Made by a program: the position numbers and the translations under genes. Of a stretch of 64,000 nucleotides of DNA, positions 51,624 to 64,000 are shown one piece after another. The stretch covers positions 62,806,001 to 62,870,000 of the forward strand of contig OX597823.1 in assembly GCA_951406725.2 (NCBI GenBank), in the 5' to 3' direction. Source of the stretch: Octopus vulgaris (lineage: Eukaryota). Numbering within the stretch: the stretch's first letter is position 1; each line of letters starts with the position of its first letter. Under the pieces are notes generated by a model. The model did no database searches. It was not told the DNA's origin and saw nothing but the letters and a program-made list of their open reading frames with translations.

Positions 51624-54600
51624 CACACATACATATAGCTTGGTCATATTAGGAACAAGGCCATTCGTTATGGAATCAGCAGCTCTGGGAGTTTTTTCAG
51701 AATACGCCTGGCTTATATAGCGGAAACAAGAATTACTTCTGTTGGTTTCTTCAAGGTGCCAAGGAATGTATTCTCAACGTTTCTCATTTTGTGCTGCCTG
51801 TTAAGGAAAAAAAAAATTCTTACAGAGTTTGAGTATGTCTTTGATGCTGGTTTAACAGTTTACATTCTAGGTTTAATGATTTTAGTCTGAGGTTGAACTT
51901 GTCATTGATCATTGAGAAATTTTGCCTTTATGAAGAGAATCAGATGACATGGGCTTATTACATACGTACAAGCAAACACTTTGTGTTTACATCAAAGAAT
52001 CTGGTGGAGCAATCTGAATTATTGTTCTGGGTTGAGAAGTATTGAGAAGCTGGCCATCTTTGAAGAATATTTTTTTTACAGTATTTTAATTTCTGATTGG
52101 ACACCAGTGTTTTGTTTGATGATAAAAAAAGAAATATATTTTATTTTGTTAAAGACTTTTACATAAAAAAAAAAATGTAGCAACTTTTTTGAGAAAAGAG
52201 AAATAATTATAATGATAATAAAAAAAGAAAATAGAAACTGATGCCATTAATTGAAAAATTGAGAAAAGTCAGTGTTTGATTATGTGAAATATGTTTTTGA
52301 GGTCTTTCAGGCTTGTTTGAGATGCTTGGAGTTTCTTCACTGAAATTCTTTTGAGAGATATGGTCTTGTGTTTGTGATGTATGTGCATGCATATATGTGT
52401 GTGTGTATATGTGGGTGTTTGTATGTATGTACATACGTGTGTGTGTGTATGTATATATATATATACACACACACACATATATATATATACACATGCACAT
52501 AATGCACTTAACATAAATTACTGAATGTTTACACTTTGTTTTTCATTTTTGCTCCAACTCTGTTTCTGTTTAAGTTTCTAGCAATATAATGAGTAATGGA
52601 CAGATGTGAGAGTTGCTGCATTCATCTCTCACTTTTCTAATTGCTTTCTTTATAAATTTTTTTATTTCTTAAAAACCTCTTTCTCATTTATTAATCTTCC
52701 GAAATTAAATTTTTTAATAGCAGTGAAATCAAAATATTTTTATGCTTTACATAAATTAAATTTCAAAAAAAAAAAAAAAAAAATTGTAATTATTTCTTTT
52801 ATTAGAAAAATTTTCCACTCATCATTTGCTAATTAATCAGAATCTGAGAAAAATCTGCTTTAACATTCAAGAATAATAATGTTTGTTTTTGTGAAATAGA
52901 TTATATATTGTTCGATTGTGACATTACTGATAAGAGACTGGTAGTTGTATTATTCTGGAGTTTAGATAATGGTGTGATGTCATTGGTTTTGGTGATCCTC
53001 TTTAAAACCTTCCTCAATAAATGGTAGGTTCTGCAAATGCTCTTTAGGTTTGGTTGCACTTAGTACGAAAATCTTATGTAATTTCTTGTTTTTAGAGAAA
53101 CCTGTTTTGTTTGATAGCCTTCATAACATCACCTGATAAGTTTCAAAGATCTCTCTATCAACTTTAGTACCCTGATAGCTAATAAATATTTGGTTTGTGA
53201 CTACATTTGTTATTTCTCTTAACAAAAAGCATCCAATTTTTGGTATATTTCTGATGAAGTTTCAGCATTGTGTTATTAGAAAATTGGACATCATCTTTCT
53301 TTATCATATCTTGAATATTTTTATACCATTATTTTTTTTTAAATATTTAATTTTATTCATTAAATAGATATTGACAAGTTGCTATTATTGAAGTCCAGAA
53401 ATTAAAAAAAAAAACATTTTTGATAATATTAAAAATGAAAAAAAATTTGAGTATGATTTTCTAATTTAAATTCTTCTCAAAAATATTATCTTATCATTAG
53501 TACTATAATGTTAGAATGATGATTCTGGTAGGTTTCACCAAAGGTTCTTACTTATTTTAAGGAGCAGAGAGCGAACAAAATATATCTGCAGATGTAACCT
53601 TACTGTTGTTCACAGCTATCATTTGTCAAAATCTCTTCAACTTTAGTATATCTCTCTCTTTGTTGTATCAAGATTGACTGTTATGTCCATGGATCTTGGA
53701 GTCAAATTTCTTTCTGAATCAAATTCTACAGATTCAATGAGAAAATTAAGTTCTTTTCTCTCTTGTTTAATCAAAGTGATTTATAATGAAAATAAAGTCT
53801 TCAAGGAGAAACTTGTATATTTGCATCTAAATAATCCAGTCAAAAGTCAGATATCATCTAAACACGATAATGACATGTTACATATGGAACAAAAACAAAT
53901 GAAAAATACAAAAATTAGAAGAAATAAAAACAACTTTTCCTTTTAAATGTCATGATTAGTAGAAAACATTTGACTTTTTACTGATGCCGCTGGACTTCAT
54001 TTTACTAACTTAGAACCAAAAAGAAATTCTTTAAGACAGTATGTAAATTTGTTACTGAAAATAGTAAAACAAAATACAGGCAATATCCGATAGATAAAAG
54101 TTATTAATATGTTAACAATTTCTCTTTATACTTTACTACATCAGGTGTCTGGCAATTCTATTGCATATTGTAATTGTAAACCCATGTCAAGTTCAGAGGC
54201 ATTTCTAGACTTTACTTTTGCAGTATTTCGGTGAAAAATCAGCTTAAAGAAAAGAAAGAAAAAAAAAAAGACCGTACTTAGATATAATTAATGACCTGAC
54301 AAGTTATCCATTACAAACATATTTTCCTTTACATTTTTAAACACTTTGTTACAAATAAATCTTTATTTGAAACTTCTTTCTAAGTAAGTTGTGAGGTTAA
54401 AAAGAATTTAAACATTAAAACTAAGGAAATCTGTTTAATGAGTAATTTAAAGTGGGGAAAAAAAAGAAAGAAAAGGGATAAAAAGGTAAGAAATTGCTGA
54501 GAAATAAAAGCTTTTTTAATGATATTGGATGAAATGGAGAAAAGAAGACACCTGGGTTAACTTGAAATGATTTCGGTGGCTTTAGTTGTAACCATCTCAT

Positions 54601-57179
54601 TGGTTTTTGGAAACAACAGCACAGTCTGACTGGTATATAAATAAACGTGATTGAAAATATTTCCCCTCAAGTTGGTGAAACTACTTGAAGAATTCTGGTG
54701 TATGATAAGGTAAGTACTTTCCAGAGGTCAGCAGTGGTGTTCTGATGGGACATCATGCCACAATTTACTGCACAACATCAAGAAAAGTTAGCAGATTGTA
54801 GTTTTAAAAAATATATATGTATGATGTTATAAGCTTTTTGGAAAAAGCTGGAAAACAAAAGCATTTTGTTTACTGCATGGTCCAAAGTTTTGGAATTATT
54901 TGTCTGAAATGAAAATTCATATCAGGTGACTTTGGTGTATTCCAATGCAGACATTATTATTGCAATTATGAAAAATAACAGCTCTTCCATAATGTGGTTG
55001 ATTAAAATCATCAAGAAAGCTACATTTTGGTTTGTCATTGTGACTACCTCTTCACTTTATCAGCTCTTACTCTGTTCTGTATTGGTTCATTATACTCTTT
55101 GAGTGGTGCCAATGATGTTTCCCTTGATTCTGGAATCTTTACAGATTGCTGAAAACTTTATTTAGGGTGGACATTTTTACTGCTTATCTTTGAATAATGT
55201 GAAAGTCAGGAAAAAATACCAAAAAAAAAAAAATTATTTTAAGAAATATTTCCAAGAAACCCATGAATAGCCTCTGTATGGTGTTTGGACAATGAAATAC
55301 AATAAATGAAAGTTACTTTGCTCACATTCTGACTCCTTGTTTATTGTCCGTGTGTTGTTTTGAGATATGTCTGCAGTGGCTGATTATATTGGAAACATCC
55401 TCATTGAAGTTTTCAGAATTTTTTTTACACATGGTATTAATAGAGAAAAACCAATGTGATTATTTTTCTCTAATGAAATTCAGTGTCAACAACTAGTTGC
55501 ACCAAGTACCAATTGAATTTCTTTGACAATGAGTCTTTACATGGCTATTATTTGCCCTAATATATATAGAGGAAGAAACTTTGGTGTGTGTGGGCATACA
55601 CACACATGCATTTATGTGTAAACTAGAAATATATATTCACAAAGTATGCTTGCCAAGTAGTATCAAGTTGAATTGGATGATGCCTAGTTATGCTCTGTTG
55701 TGAATTACAGAATTTCAAGTTGTTTTCACAGACGTTGTTGAAAGCGTTTGTTAACAATAACAGACTTCATAGAAACTACAAAAAGAATTATTCAGAAATA
55801 AGAGAACTTCTTTACATTTACACATATGTAAATGTTAACCAATGTGTCTTAAAGATACCGATTTAGACATAGAAACATAAAACCTTTTGTATCATGAATC
55901 TTTTGGCTGTTCTGCAAAAAGACTATGGAGACTTCATGAGAATGTTCTTCAAATATTTGACCACTGAGATTTGTAAGAGATTTGTGTGACTATTATTATT
56001 AAATAACTGAGTAATTTCAATGTAAATTTAGCTTGAGGAAAAAATACTTCACTCTTAAAAAAAATATATGGAACCTTGTGTAATTGAGACAGCTTTTTGA
56101 CATAATCACTTGTTTTTTGTCTTGGTGGAAACCACAAGGTACTTCTGGATTTGATATGATTCCAAGGTCATTGAGTACAGATAAATGACTCAGCAGAAAA
56201 ATATACCATTTTAAAAAGGGAGATAAAAAATGGCCAAGTAGTTCAATATAAGAACTCTCCTATAATACTTTTGGCCAATTGAAGAAAGCCTATTTCAAAC
56301 AAGAATTAATTTTAACTCTTTGGCTTCAAAGATCTTTGGCCACCAGATACTCATTATTAGTTTAAAAGTGCCAAAAGTGAGATGCTGTTGCAGTTTGATT
56401 GGCAGACAACGATGACAATTTCAGATTAAGTCTGGTTAGTCGCAATTTACTTATATGCTTCATGCCATTTTGAAGAAAGGAACCACGTTTAAAGCCATAT
56501 TTTCTAAACTGACATTCAATGGATGTGTATTTTCTGCATCCAGTTTAGTGTTATCGCTACACTAAAACCAGTGCGAGATGGATGAATGTCTGGATCTGGG
56601 CATGTATATGACCGAATTTTTATCATAAGCTTCTTTGCCTTGTATGAAAAGCAAACAGGATGATGATTTCAAAAGAGATTGTCTGGAGCAGTTTTCAGGT
56701 CTACTTTCTGGTGGTTATTAGCAATTAATAATGACAAACTAAGTATTAAATCTCTTTAGTTCAACAATATTACTGGAAAAGCAGCTGATAGTGACTATTG
56801 CTATATTAATAGCCTTTTGTCTAGATTGTAATATGAAACTACACAACTTTGATTGAACCAGCAGCAATGAATGACAAAATGAAACTATTTGAAATGGCAA
56901 AACTATTTAAGCAAGCAATACAAAGAAGAAAGAAATGAAATATTACTACAGCAAATCTGATATGGTTGAATTGGTATAGTAAATCATTTATAACCTAACA
57001 CTCACTTTAAATGAAGTTTCAACTGAAGATCTCTAAAACTTGGAAGGAAAGAGAGTTTATAATTCATAAAGATTAAACAAAAGAAAGTAGTTTTCTTTGC
57101 TGACATGAGAAAAAGTTACAGAAGAAAATATAGCAGGTCAATATTTTCACTAGTGATAAGATTCTACCAATCAGACAAC

Positions 57180-57520
57180 AGTATTGGTCTTCAGTCACCT
57201 ATTGCTCTACAGTATATCCTATTCTTCCATAATAATAATAGTTTTTATTGTATGGTGTTGACCTTCTCTAGTATTCTGTAGTGTTGGTCTCCTATTCACT
57301 GGTTCTATAGTGTTGGTGTCCTATTATTGTATTGGTTCTTTTGTATACAATAGGTCTTTTCTTCTATAGTAGCATTTGCTCCTGTTCTATTGTGTCGGCC
57401 TCTTTTTCTGTATAGTACTATTAATTCCTGTTCTATGCTATTAGTTCTTATTCTATAGTGTTGCCTTCTGTTCCTCTGTGGTGTCCATCTCTTATTCTTC
57501 TGTAGTATTGGTTTCCACTT
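57180..57520. repeat. Degenerate minisatellite (~25-bp units, ttctatagtrttggt)
   Basis: Recurring tagtattggt/tagtgttggt...ttcta motifs. Confidence 0.55.
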
Positions 57521-57760
57521 CTCCAATCTGTATTTATGGGGTCATTTGCTCATTGATAATTTTTAATTATCATTGTTATTGTCGATCTCTTTCTTCTCCC
57601 TCTATATTCTGTCTACCGAAATGGGTTTTCCTTTCTTAATATAAACATGATATATCAATTATTTGATAAATTCTAACCCTCTTTTATTATTATTTTTTTT
57701 TTTCAGTTTTCTGTTGCTAATAATAATTATATATTTATTTATCTTTGGAATTCATTTCAG

Positions 57761-57842
57761 GCCTTGAGGAAGCCACTATAATTCTGCCTAAGAAAAAACC
57801 CAGTACTGACCCCGTTAAGTTGGTTCCTAAAAGACAATTGCC
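57761..57842 (+). CDS. PPP1R10: PNUTS/PPP1R10-like exon
   Basis: ttcatttcag|GC ... CC|gtaagt. Completes the conserved KFRSTG-LE motif across the junction: GLEEATIILPKKKPSTDPVKLVPKRQLP. 82 nt, phase 1 to 2. Confidence 0.85.
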
Positions 57843-58180
57843 GTAAGTATCTGATTTCTATTAAGTTTTCTTCTCCATAATTTCACTTAGATGTTCATTT
57901 TTCTATATTTTTATGAATTCATATTGTCTTTTCTCATTTTTATATTTACTAACATATAACCACAGTTGTATATCTACTCACATATCATCACATCTGCATA
58001 CAGACACATTTCCATATCTGTATACATGATTGTAAAGTTGTGGTTTCGATTCTCAGACTACATGGGCACATTGTGTTCTTCAGCAAAACTATTTCATGTG
58101 GCTTCAGTTCAAATTTTTGTGGTCACACACATTCATTTCCTTTATAATCTTGTTTTTAATTAAGTTTACCATCATTTCAG

Positions 58181-58380
58181 GTCAGGGGAGCTGCGATCAT
58201 TGGATCCTGTTCTGGATAAGAAACCTCGGCTGACAATATCTACTCCTTTGAACCCCATTTCAGTCACCACCAGCCCCTCAGCTGTCACTTCATCAGTTAC
58301 CACGACGACAAGTCCAGGATTAGTGTTATCCCCTACTGATCTGCAGAAAAACATTAAGACTCCACCCAAGATCAGTCGGC
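58181..58380 (+). CDS. PPP1R10: PNUTS/PPP1R10-like exon (Ser/Thr/Pro-rich linker)
   Basis: atcatttcag|G ... CGGC|gtaagt. Encodes SGELRSLDPVLDKKPRLTISTPLNPISVTTSPSAVTSSVTTTTSPGLVLSPTDLQKNIKTPPKISR. 200 nt, phase 2 to 1, in frame with the previous exon. Confidence 0.83.
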
Positions 58381-58779
58381 GTAAGTGGAGAGGAAATTTT
58401 ATTATTCATTTGTATATTTTACATGTTTTCTGTGCTAGCATGGGTTGCAGAAATGCATAATTATTGAAGCATTGTGTAAACAGCAAGATGCTCTTCCTGT
58501 TGCTAACCATTACATATTTTTTTTGCAAGAAAGGGAATTTTTTTTAATACACTTGTGTTTGAAAGAATAGAGTTAGCTGATGATTTCTTGACAGAGTATG
58601 TCAACATAATTTTGCTATTTTTTTTTATGGGAAAACACAAATTGTAAACATTCACAAACATGCACATACATGTATTCACACAGCCATACTGTTTTCTTCT
58701 ACCTATTCTGCTCACAAGGTATTGGTTGGCTCTGTAGCTTCGGCTGAAGACACTTGGCCAAAGTTCTTCACAGTGAGAT

Positions 58780-59281
58780 AACTGAAAGAATAACGAGCAA
58801 GTGCCGCATAACCATTTTGTTCAGTACAATGAATACACAAAAACTAAGGACTACCAACATATCTATTTACCAAAAAGTTATCAAAGAAGGTGACGTTAGC
58901 AATAAGATAGTTATATCACACCCAGTGTGCACATATCTGAATCTTACAAACTAAGCAGCAAAAAAGATGAGTGAGATTTGTGAAATTCATCTTTGACTTT
59001 GAAGATATCACCAATATTTGCTTTGGAATTGCTGCATCCAACCAAGAGAATTGCTTTCAAATGTTCATCAGTCAACCTTGTTCGATGTGCTGACTTCACA
59101 TACTTCACTTTTTGAAAATATTTGCTCATAGACATAAGTTGTTCCAAACACTGATGCCATACCAGAGGCAAATGAACTTCAATTGCAGGTACTTACATAA
59201 TAAGTACAGTGTGGCAGTGGGCCAGATGAACTGATCTCACAGGCTAGATCCGGCCTGTGGGCTGTAGTTTGGTGACCCCTG
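58780..59281 (-). mobile_element. Internally deleted hAT/Charlie (GTF2IRD2/SPIN-like) transposon
   Basis: ORF 58944..59171(-) KYVKSAHRTRLTDEHLKAILLVGCSN....FHKSH resembles the hAT C-terminal dimerisation region. Terminal caggggtcaccaaactacagcccacaggccggat (reverse of 59250-59281) is a Charlie-type end. Confidence 0.7.
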
Positions 59282-61130
59282 TGCTCGGGTTGACCAATGT
59301 TTCGTGAGTGAAAATGGTAGACAGAAACTGAAAAAACTTTGTGTGTGTGTTTGTGTGATCATTTTCGTCATTGTTGTTTTAATGGCCACTCTTCCAATGA
59401 GTCAAACTGAATTCCTTGAGGCAGATTTTCTGTTTGAATGCTCTTACTATCACCAACCATCACCTCCTTCCAAGTAAGGTAATATTTCCCTATGGCCAGA
59501 CATTTTCACAACAGATCAGAAACCTAACACCATTTGTATCATTCAGATGTTTATGTATAACTCTTGCATAATGTTGAGTCAAAGAGACACAAATGCACAT
59601 GCATATCCTTATGCATGCACACACATGTGTATGTTTGCACATGCTCACATCCACACCCATGATAGGTTTCTTTCCATGATGATGATTATCATTGTTTTAA
59701 TGTTCACTATGCTTGCATAGGTGGGACAGAATTTGTTCAGGCAGGTTTTCTGCAGCTCAATGCCCTTCCTATTGCCAACACCTGTTTCTGAGCAAGGTAA
59801 TATTTCCACATGGCTGGACATGTTTACATTGGAGATTGGAAATAGTGGACACCACTTATATGATGGTGATTCTTGTTTACAACTATCAAGTGTGCTGTCA
59901 AGACAAGGAGATACTAACACATTTTCTTTCTCTCTCTCTCTCTCACACACATGCGCGCGCGTGCACGATGGGGTTCTTTTGGTTTCCATCTACCAAATCC
60001 ATTCACAAGGCTTTGGTTGGGTCTGTAGAGGAAGACACCTTGCCCAAAGTGCTATGCAGTGGGACTGAACCCAAAGGGTAGTCTAGGGGTATAGTTTCTG
60101 TCTGCCAAATCTATTTACAAGGATTTAGTTGGTTTGAAGTTATTGTAAAGGAGACTCTTTTCCAAGGTACCACACAGAAGGACTGATGGCAAAACTCTAT
60201 GGTTCAGATGTGAATTTCTTGTGCATGTAGCCATGACTGTGGCTATACACACACACACACACACGTGTGTGTGTGTGTGTGTATATCATAATAAAAAAGG
60301 TAAAAACCCCTCTTCAGTCATGAATGATCATGGGATAGCACCTAGAAAGTTACCCTCCAAAGAACAAGTCTAGGCAAACTTGTTTATAGAAGTCTAGCTG
60401 TTGCCCATACATACCAGCCTTCCCTCTCCATGTCACCAATGTTATCCAAGAGAAAAGTAAAGGCTGATACAGCTTGGCACCAATGATGTCGCAACTCATT
60501 TCTACGGCTGAGTGAACTGGAGCAACAGGAAATAAAGTGTCTTGCTCAAAACACAACACACAGCCTGGTCCAGGAATCAAACTCAATACCTCATAATTGT
60601 GAGCCTGACACTCTAACCACTGAAATATGCAGATGGTGGAGTTGTCAGAAATATATGTTTTGGAAAGCCAATCTTATTGACCTTTCATCCACCTCACAAT
60701 AAATATAATTCTGAACATTGGTCTTCACATGATAACTACTAAGAATAACTAAATTCAATTACTGTTTTATAATATATTTTATTTATTAACAGAAAACACT
60801 AAGGTTAATTAAACTGATATAATTGCCATTTATATTATATTTTACAAGCATTGTTTACACGTGATGACTCCAAAGATTAATTACTGTTTTATAGTATAAC
60901 TGACTTAATTACCATTTTTATAATATATTTTTAATTATATCATCATCATCATCATCATCATCGTCGTTTAACGTCCGTTCTCCATGCTAGCATGGGTTGG
61001 ACGGTTCGACCGGGGTTCTGGGAAGCCAGAAGGCTGCACCAGGCTCCAGTCTAATCTGGCAATGTTTCTACAGCTGGATGCCCTTCCTAACGCTAACCAC
61101 TCCGTGAGTGTAGTGGGTGCTTTTTACGTG

Positions 61131-61181
<51 letters not shown>

Positions 61182-62129
61182 AATATATATATATATATAT
61201 ATGGTAATGAGAGCTGCTATCTATCACAATAGATAATTATATCTATTGTGTGTTGTCTAAAATGCTTACATTGTCTGTTCTGTTTTGTATCAGAGGTGAA
61301 AGTCAGCATGGTTGGCTATTCATTGCAAACAAGTCCGGCAAGTTTACCTATGCATACATAGATGCATACATACATACATGCACACAAACATACATACATA
61401 CATACATACATACCCATATACACATGCACACACAGATATACATGTATACCTGTGTGTGCATGATTGTATGTTTGTGACTCCCCATCATGTAGACATTGTT
61501 TACGAGGTCTGTGTAGGCAATATCATCATTTAGATGGTGTCTTTGTTTACGTCTGTCACACAAGCATGTCCAGCCATTGAGCTATTCAAAATAGTTATGT
61601 TACTTGGAAACAAGTAAAGGTTGGCAACAGGAAGGGTGTTTGACTGTTAAAAAATTTTCTTAATAAATCTCATCTGGAAAAGTGAATGTTAAAACAGATG
61701 ATTTGTGTGGTGACGATGTATTTCTTTAGCATGCTATATGTTGAGTAAACTACCAAAACGAAATGCAACAAAGATATGTTCCTACATATTCTTTTACTTG
61801 TTTCTGCCATACTGGGGTACCACCTTGAAGGGTTGTATATTAATTGATCAGATTGCCCCTCCTCTCTTTTGTTTTTTAAGTCTGGTACTTAATCTTACTT
61901 CTTTATTGCCCACACGGGGCTAAACATAGAGGGGACAAACAAGGGCATACTATACATCTATAACACTATAACATCTATTTCTGAAATATTCATCACATTA
62001 TGCTGTGTGTGTTCTTTACTTTTGAATATCCCGACGGCATTCAAAATGAACTTATAAGCCAGTATACATTCATATCAAGTTGAGTAAAAAGTAATGTTTC
62101 GAACCATGAAGAATTTGTACCGAATTTTT

Positions 62130-62310
62130 ACAGAGCTGGCAGAAACATTAGCACACCAGGTGAAATGCTTAGTGGTATTTCGTCTGCCGCTATGTTCTGA
62201 GTTCAAATTCCATCAAGGTCGACTTAACCTTTCATCCTTTCGGGATCGATTAAATAAGTACCAGTTTTGCACCAAGGTCGATGTAATCGACTTAATCCCT
62301 TTGTCTGGTA
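62130..62310 (+). mobile_element. SINE family D (partial)
   Basis: gagctggcagaaacattagcacaccaggtgaaatgcttag...gagttcaaattcc...aataagtaccag. Confidence 0.7.
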
Positions 62311-62450
62311 CTTAATCTGTTTGTGTCTTTCAGCAGACCTACTAAGTTATGAGCATGGCAGCAATGCAACAACCTATTGTCAGGCAATGAGAGATGAACA
62401 CAAAGAAGCACAAACATAGACACGCACACACACACACACACACGCACGCA

Positions 62451-62497
<47 letters not shown>

Positions 62498-63584
62498 CTA
62501 AACAGTTTTTATGTCTATCAAATTTCACTCAGAGGACAGGATATTGGTCAGCCAAGTACTTTAGCTGTAGAAAACACATACCCAAAGTGCAGTGCAGTTT
62601 GACTGAACTGAACCTGCAACTATGTGGTTATGAAGCAAACTCTCTAACCCCTCAGCTATGCTTGCACCAACAGTTATATTGTAACATAGTTTCTCTCATG
62701 GTGGCTGTAATAGACAATTGTGTAAAATAGTTACAAATATCGAACACCTTATTTTGTTGCTGGTTTTGGTCAGTGCATTCTGACCATGCTGGAGCACCAT
62801 CCTTTAGCAATCATATTACTTAGTCAAATATAATGCTTATTTATTTATGTTGTTTTAAATTAATCATGCATTATCTTCTATCTTCAAAATTTATGAAGTA
62901 TTTATCACATTACACTGTGTGCATTCCTTACTTTGGGATGTCCCTGTGACATTCAAAATGAACTTATCGTGAGCCAGCACAAATTTAAATAAGTATTATT
63001 ACCGCTATTGATAATATTAATAATGATAATAATGAGGTGGCTAACAAGTTAAAATATTAACTAAATTCAAATTCAATAGGGTATTTAAATACCACTTGCT
63101 CTAAATGGAGCCATCACTCCACAACCACCAATTGCTCACTATTAAAATACACATGGCCAATGCAATAAAGATAACAGAAACAGGCTTACCTTGCGTGGAA
63201 TACAGAAGTAAGGAATGTGTATATTTCAGGATCAATTGATTTTGCTTCTTGTACGAAAAATCATACTTTAAACTCATCAGCTGAAAGCAACACTATAACA
63301 TCTATTTCTGAAATATTCATCACATTACGGTGTGTGCATTCTTTACTTTTGAATGTCCCCACAGCATTCAGAATGAACTTATCATGAGCCAGTATACATA
63401 CATATCAAGTTGAGTAAAAAGTAATGTTTTGAACTATGAAGAATTTGTACCGGATTTTTGCAGTTTTGAATTTTTTGAAACATTTTTTTTGCAATTGTCT
63501 GATAATATAGACATAGACCTGCCCAAATGCATCTATAAATTAACATTGATGTTTTTTTCACCATTGTTTCAATCATCTGAAGTA

Positions 63585-64000
63585 GGACTGTCAAAGTGAT
63601 ATACTCAAGTAAATTTTGCTATTCAGCTTCAAAAAAGGACGTAAAGCAGCTGAAACTGCATGCGATATCAATGAAACATTTGGTGAGGAAATAACCAGTG
63701 AGTGGTCAGCTCAAAAATGGTTTAAACGATTTCGCAGTGGAGACCTGAGCCTTGAAGATCGTGAGCATAGTGGACACTTGTCTGTCATTGATGACGGTCA
63801 ATCAAAGCCTGTCATTGATAAAGATCTATATACTATATGAAACCACTTGAGAACTGGCAAAAGAACTTCAAGTTAGCCAGAAAACTGCCTGCAACCATTT
63901 GCATGTGATTGGAAAATCAAAAAATGCTTGACAAATGATTTTCATTCATGATTTGAATGAAAATCAGAAACTGTGCAGATATGAAATTTGCTCATTGCTT
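63585..64000 (+). pseudogene. Mariner (Hsmar1/SETMAR-transposase-like) N-terminal part, runs off the window
   Basis: LLFSFKKGRKAAETACDINETFGEEITSEWSAQKWFKRFRSGDLSLEDREHSG, the mariner HTH signature WF.RF..GD.SLED..RSG. Frameshifted downstream. Confidence 0.88.

Noticed and set aside
150-62528. Numerous ORFs rich in YI/CV/HT dipeptides (e.g. 16105..16654, 51390..51720, 14480..14870)
   Set aside because: They are translations of (TA)n, (TG)n and (CA)n microsatellites, with no splice or homology support.

Overview
AT-rich, microsatellite- and transposon-dense eukaryotic genomic DNA. The repeat landscape looks like an octopus or other cephalopod, which is an inference and not proven. The only host gene I can support is on the + strand: five GT-AG coding exons (28675-28859, 38623-38703, 51014-51277, 57761-57842, 58181-58380; 812 nt, about 270 aa) that splice in frame. 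They encode the TFIIS-N-terminal domain, a basic poly-Lys region and the KFRSTGLE motif of a PNUTS/PPP1R10-like PP1 regulatory subunit. The start exon(s) and the downstream PP1-binding/C-terminal exons were not found. Almost all other listed ORFs are artefacts of (TA)n/(CA)n/(TG)n tracts and repeats. The remainder is decayed mobile DNA: an RTE LINE plus many 5'-truncated RTE 3' ends, two RLE-type LINE remnants (R4/Dong-like, HERO-like), mariner copies, hAT and TTAA (piggyBac-like) MITEs, three tRNA-type SINE families and Penelope-like relics. The most notable non-coding structures are minimal hammerhead-ribozyme motifs in a dispersed repeat (2345-2379 and an inverted homolog at about 4834-4864), a near-perfect 220-bp hairpin (4153-4374), a ~390-bp foldback just upstream of an exon (50400-50791) and a modular/dimeric SINE. 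I found no CRISPR array, rRNA or convincing tRNA gene, and no clearly new multi-gene system. Repeat boundaries were estimated by eye.
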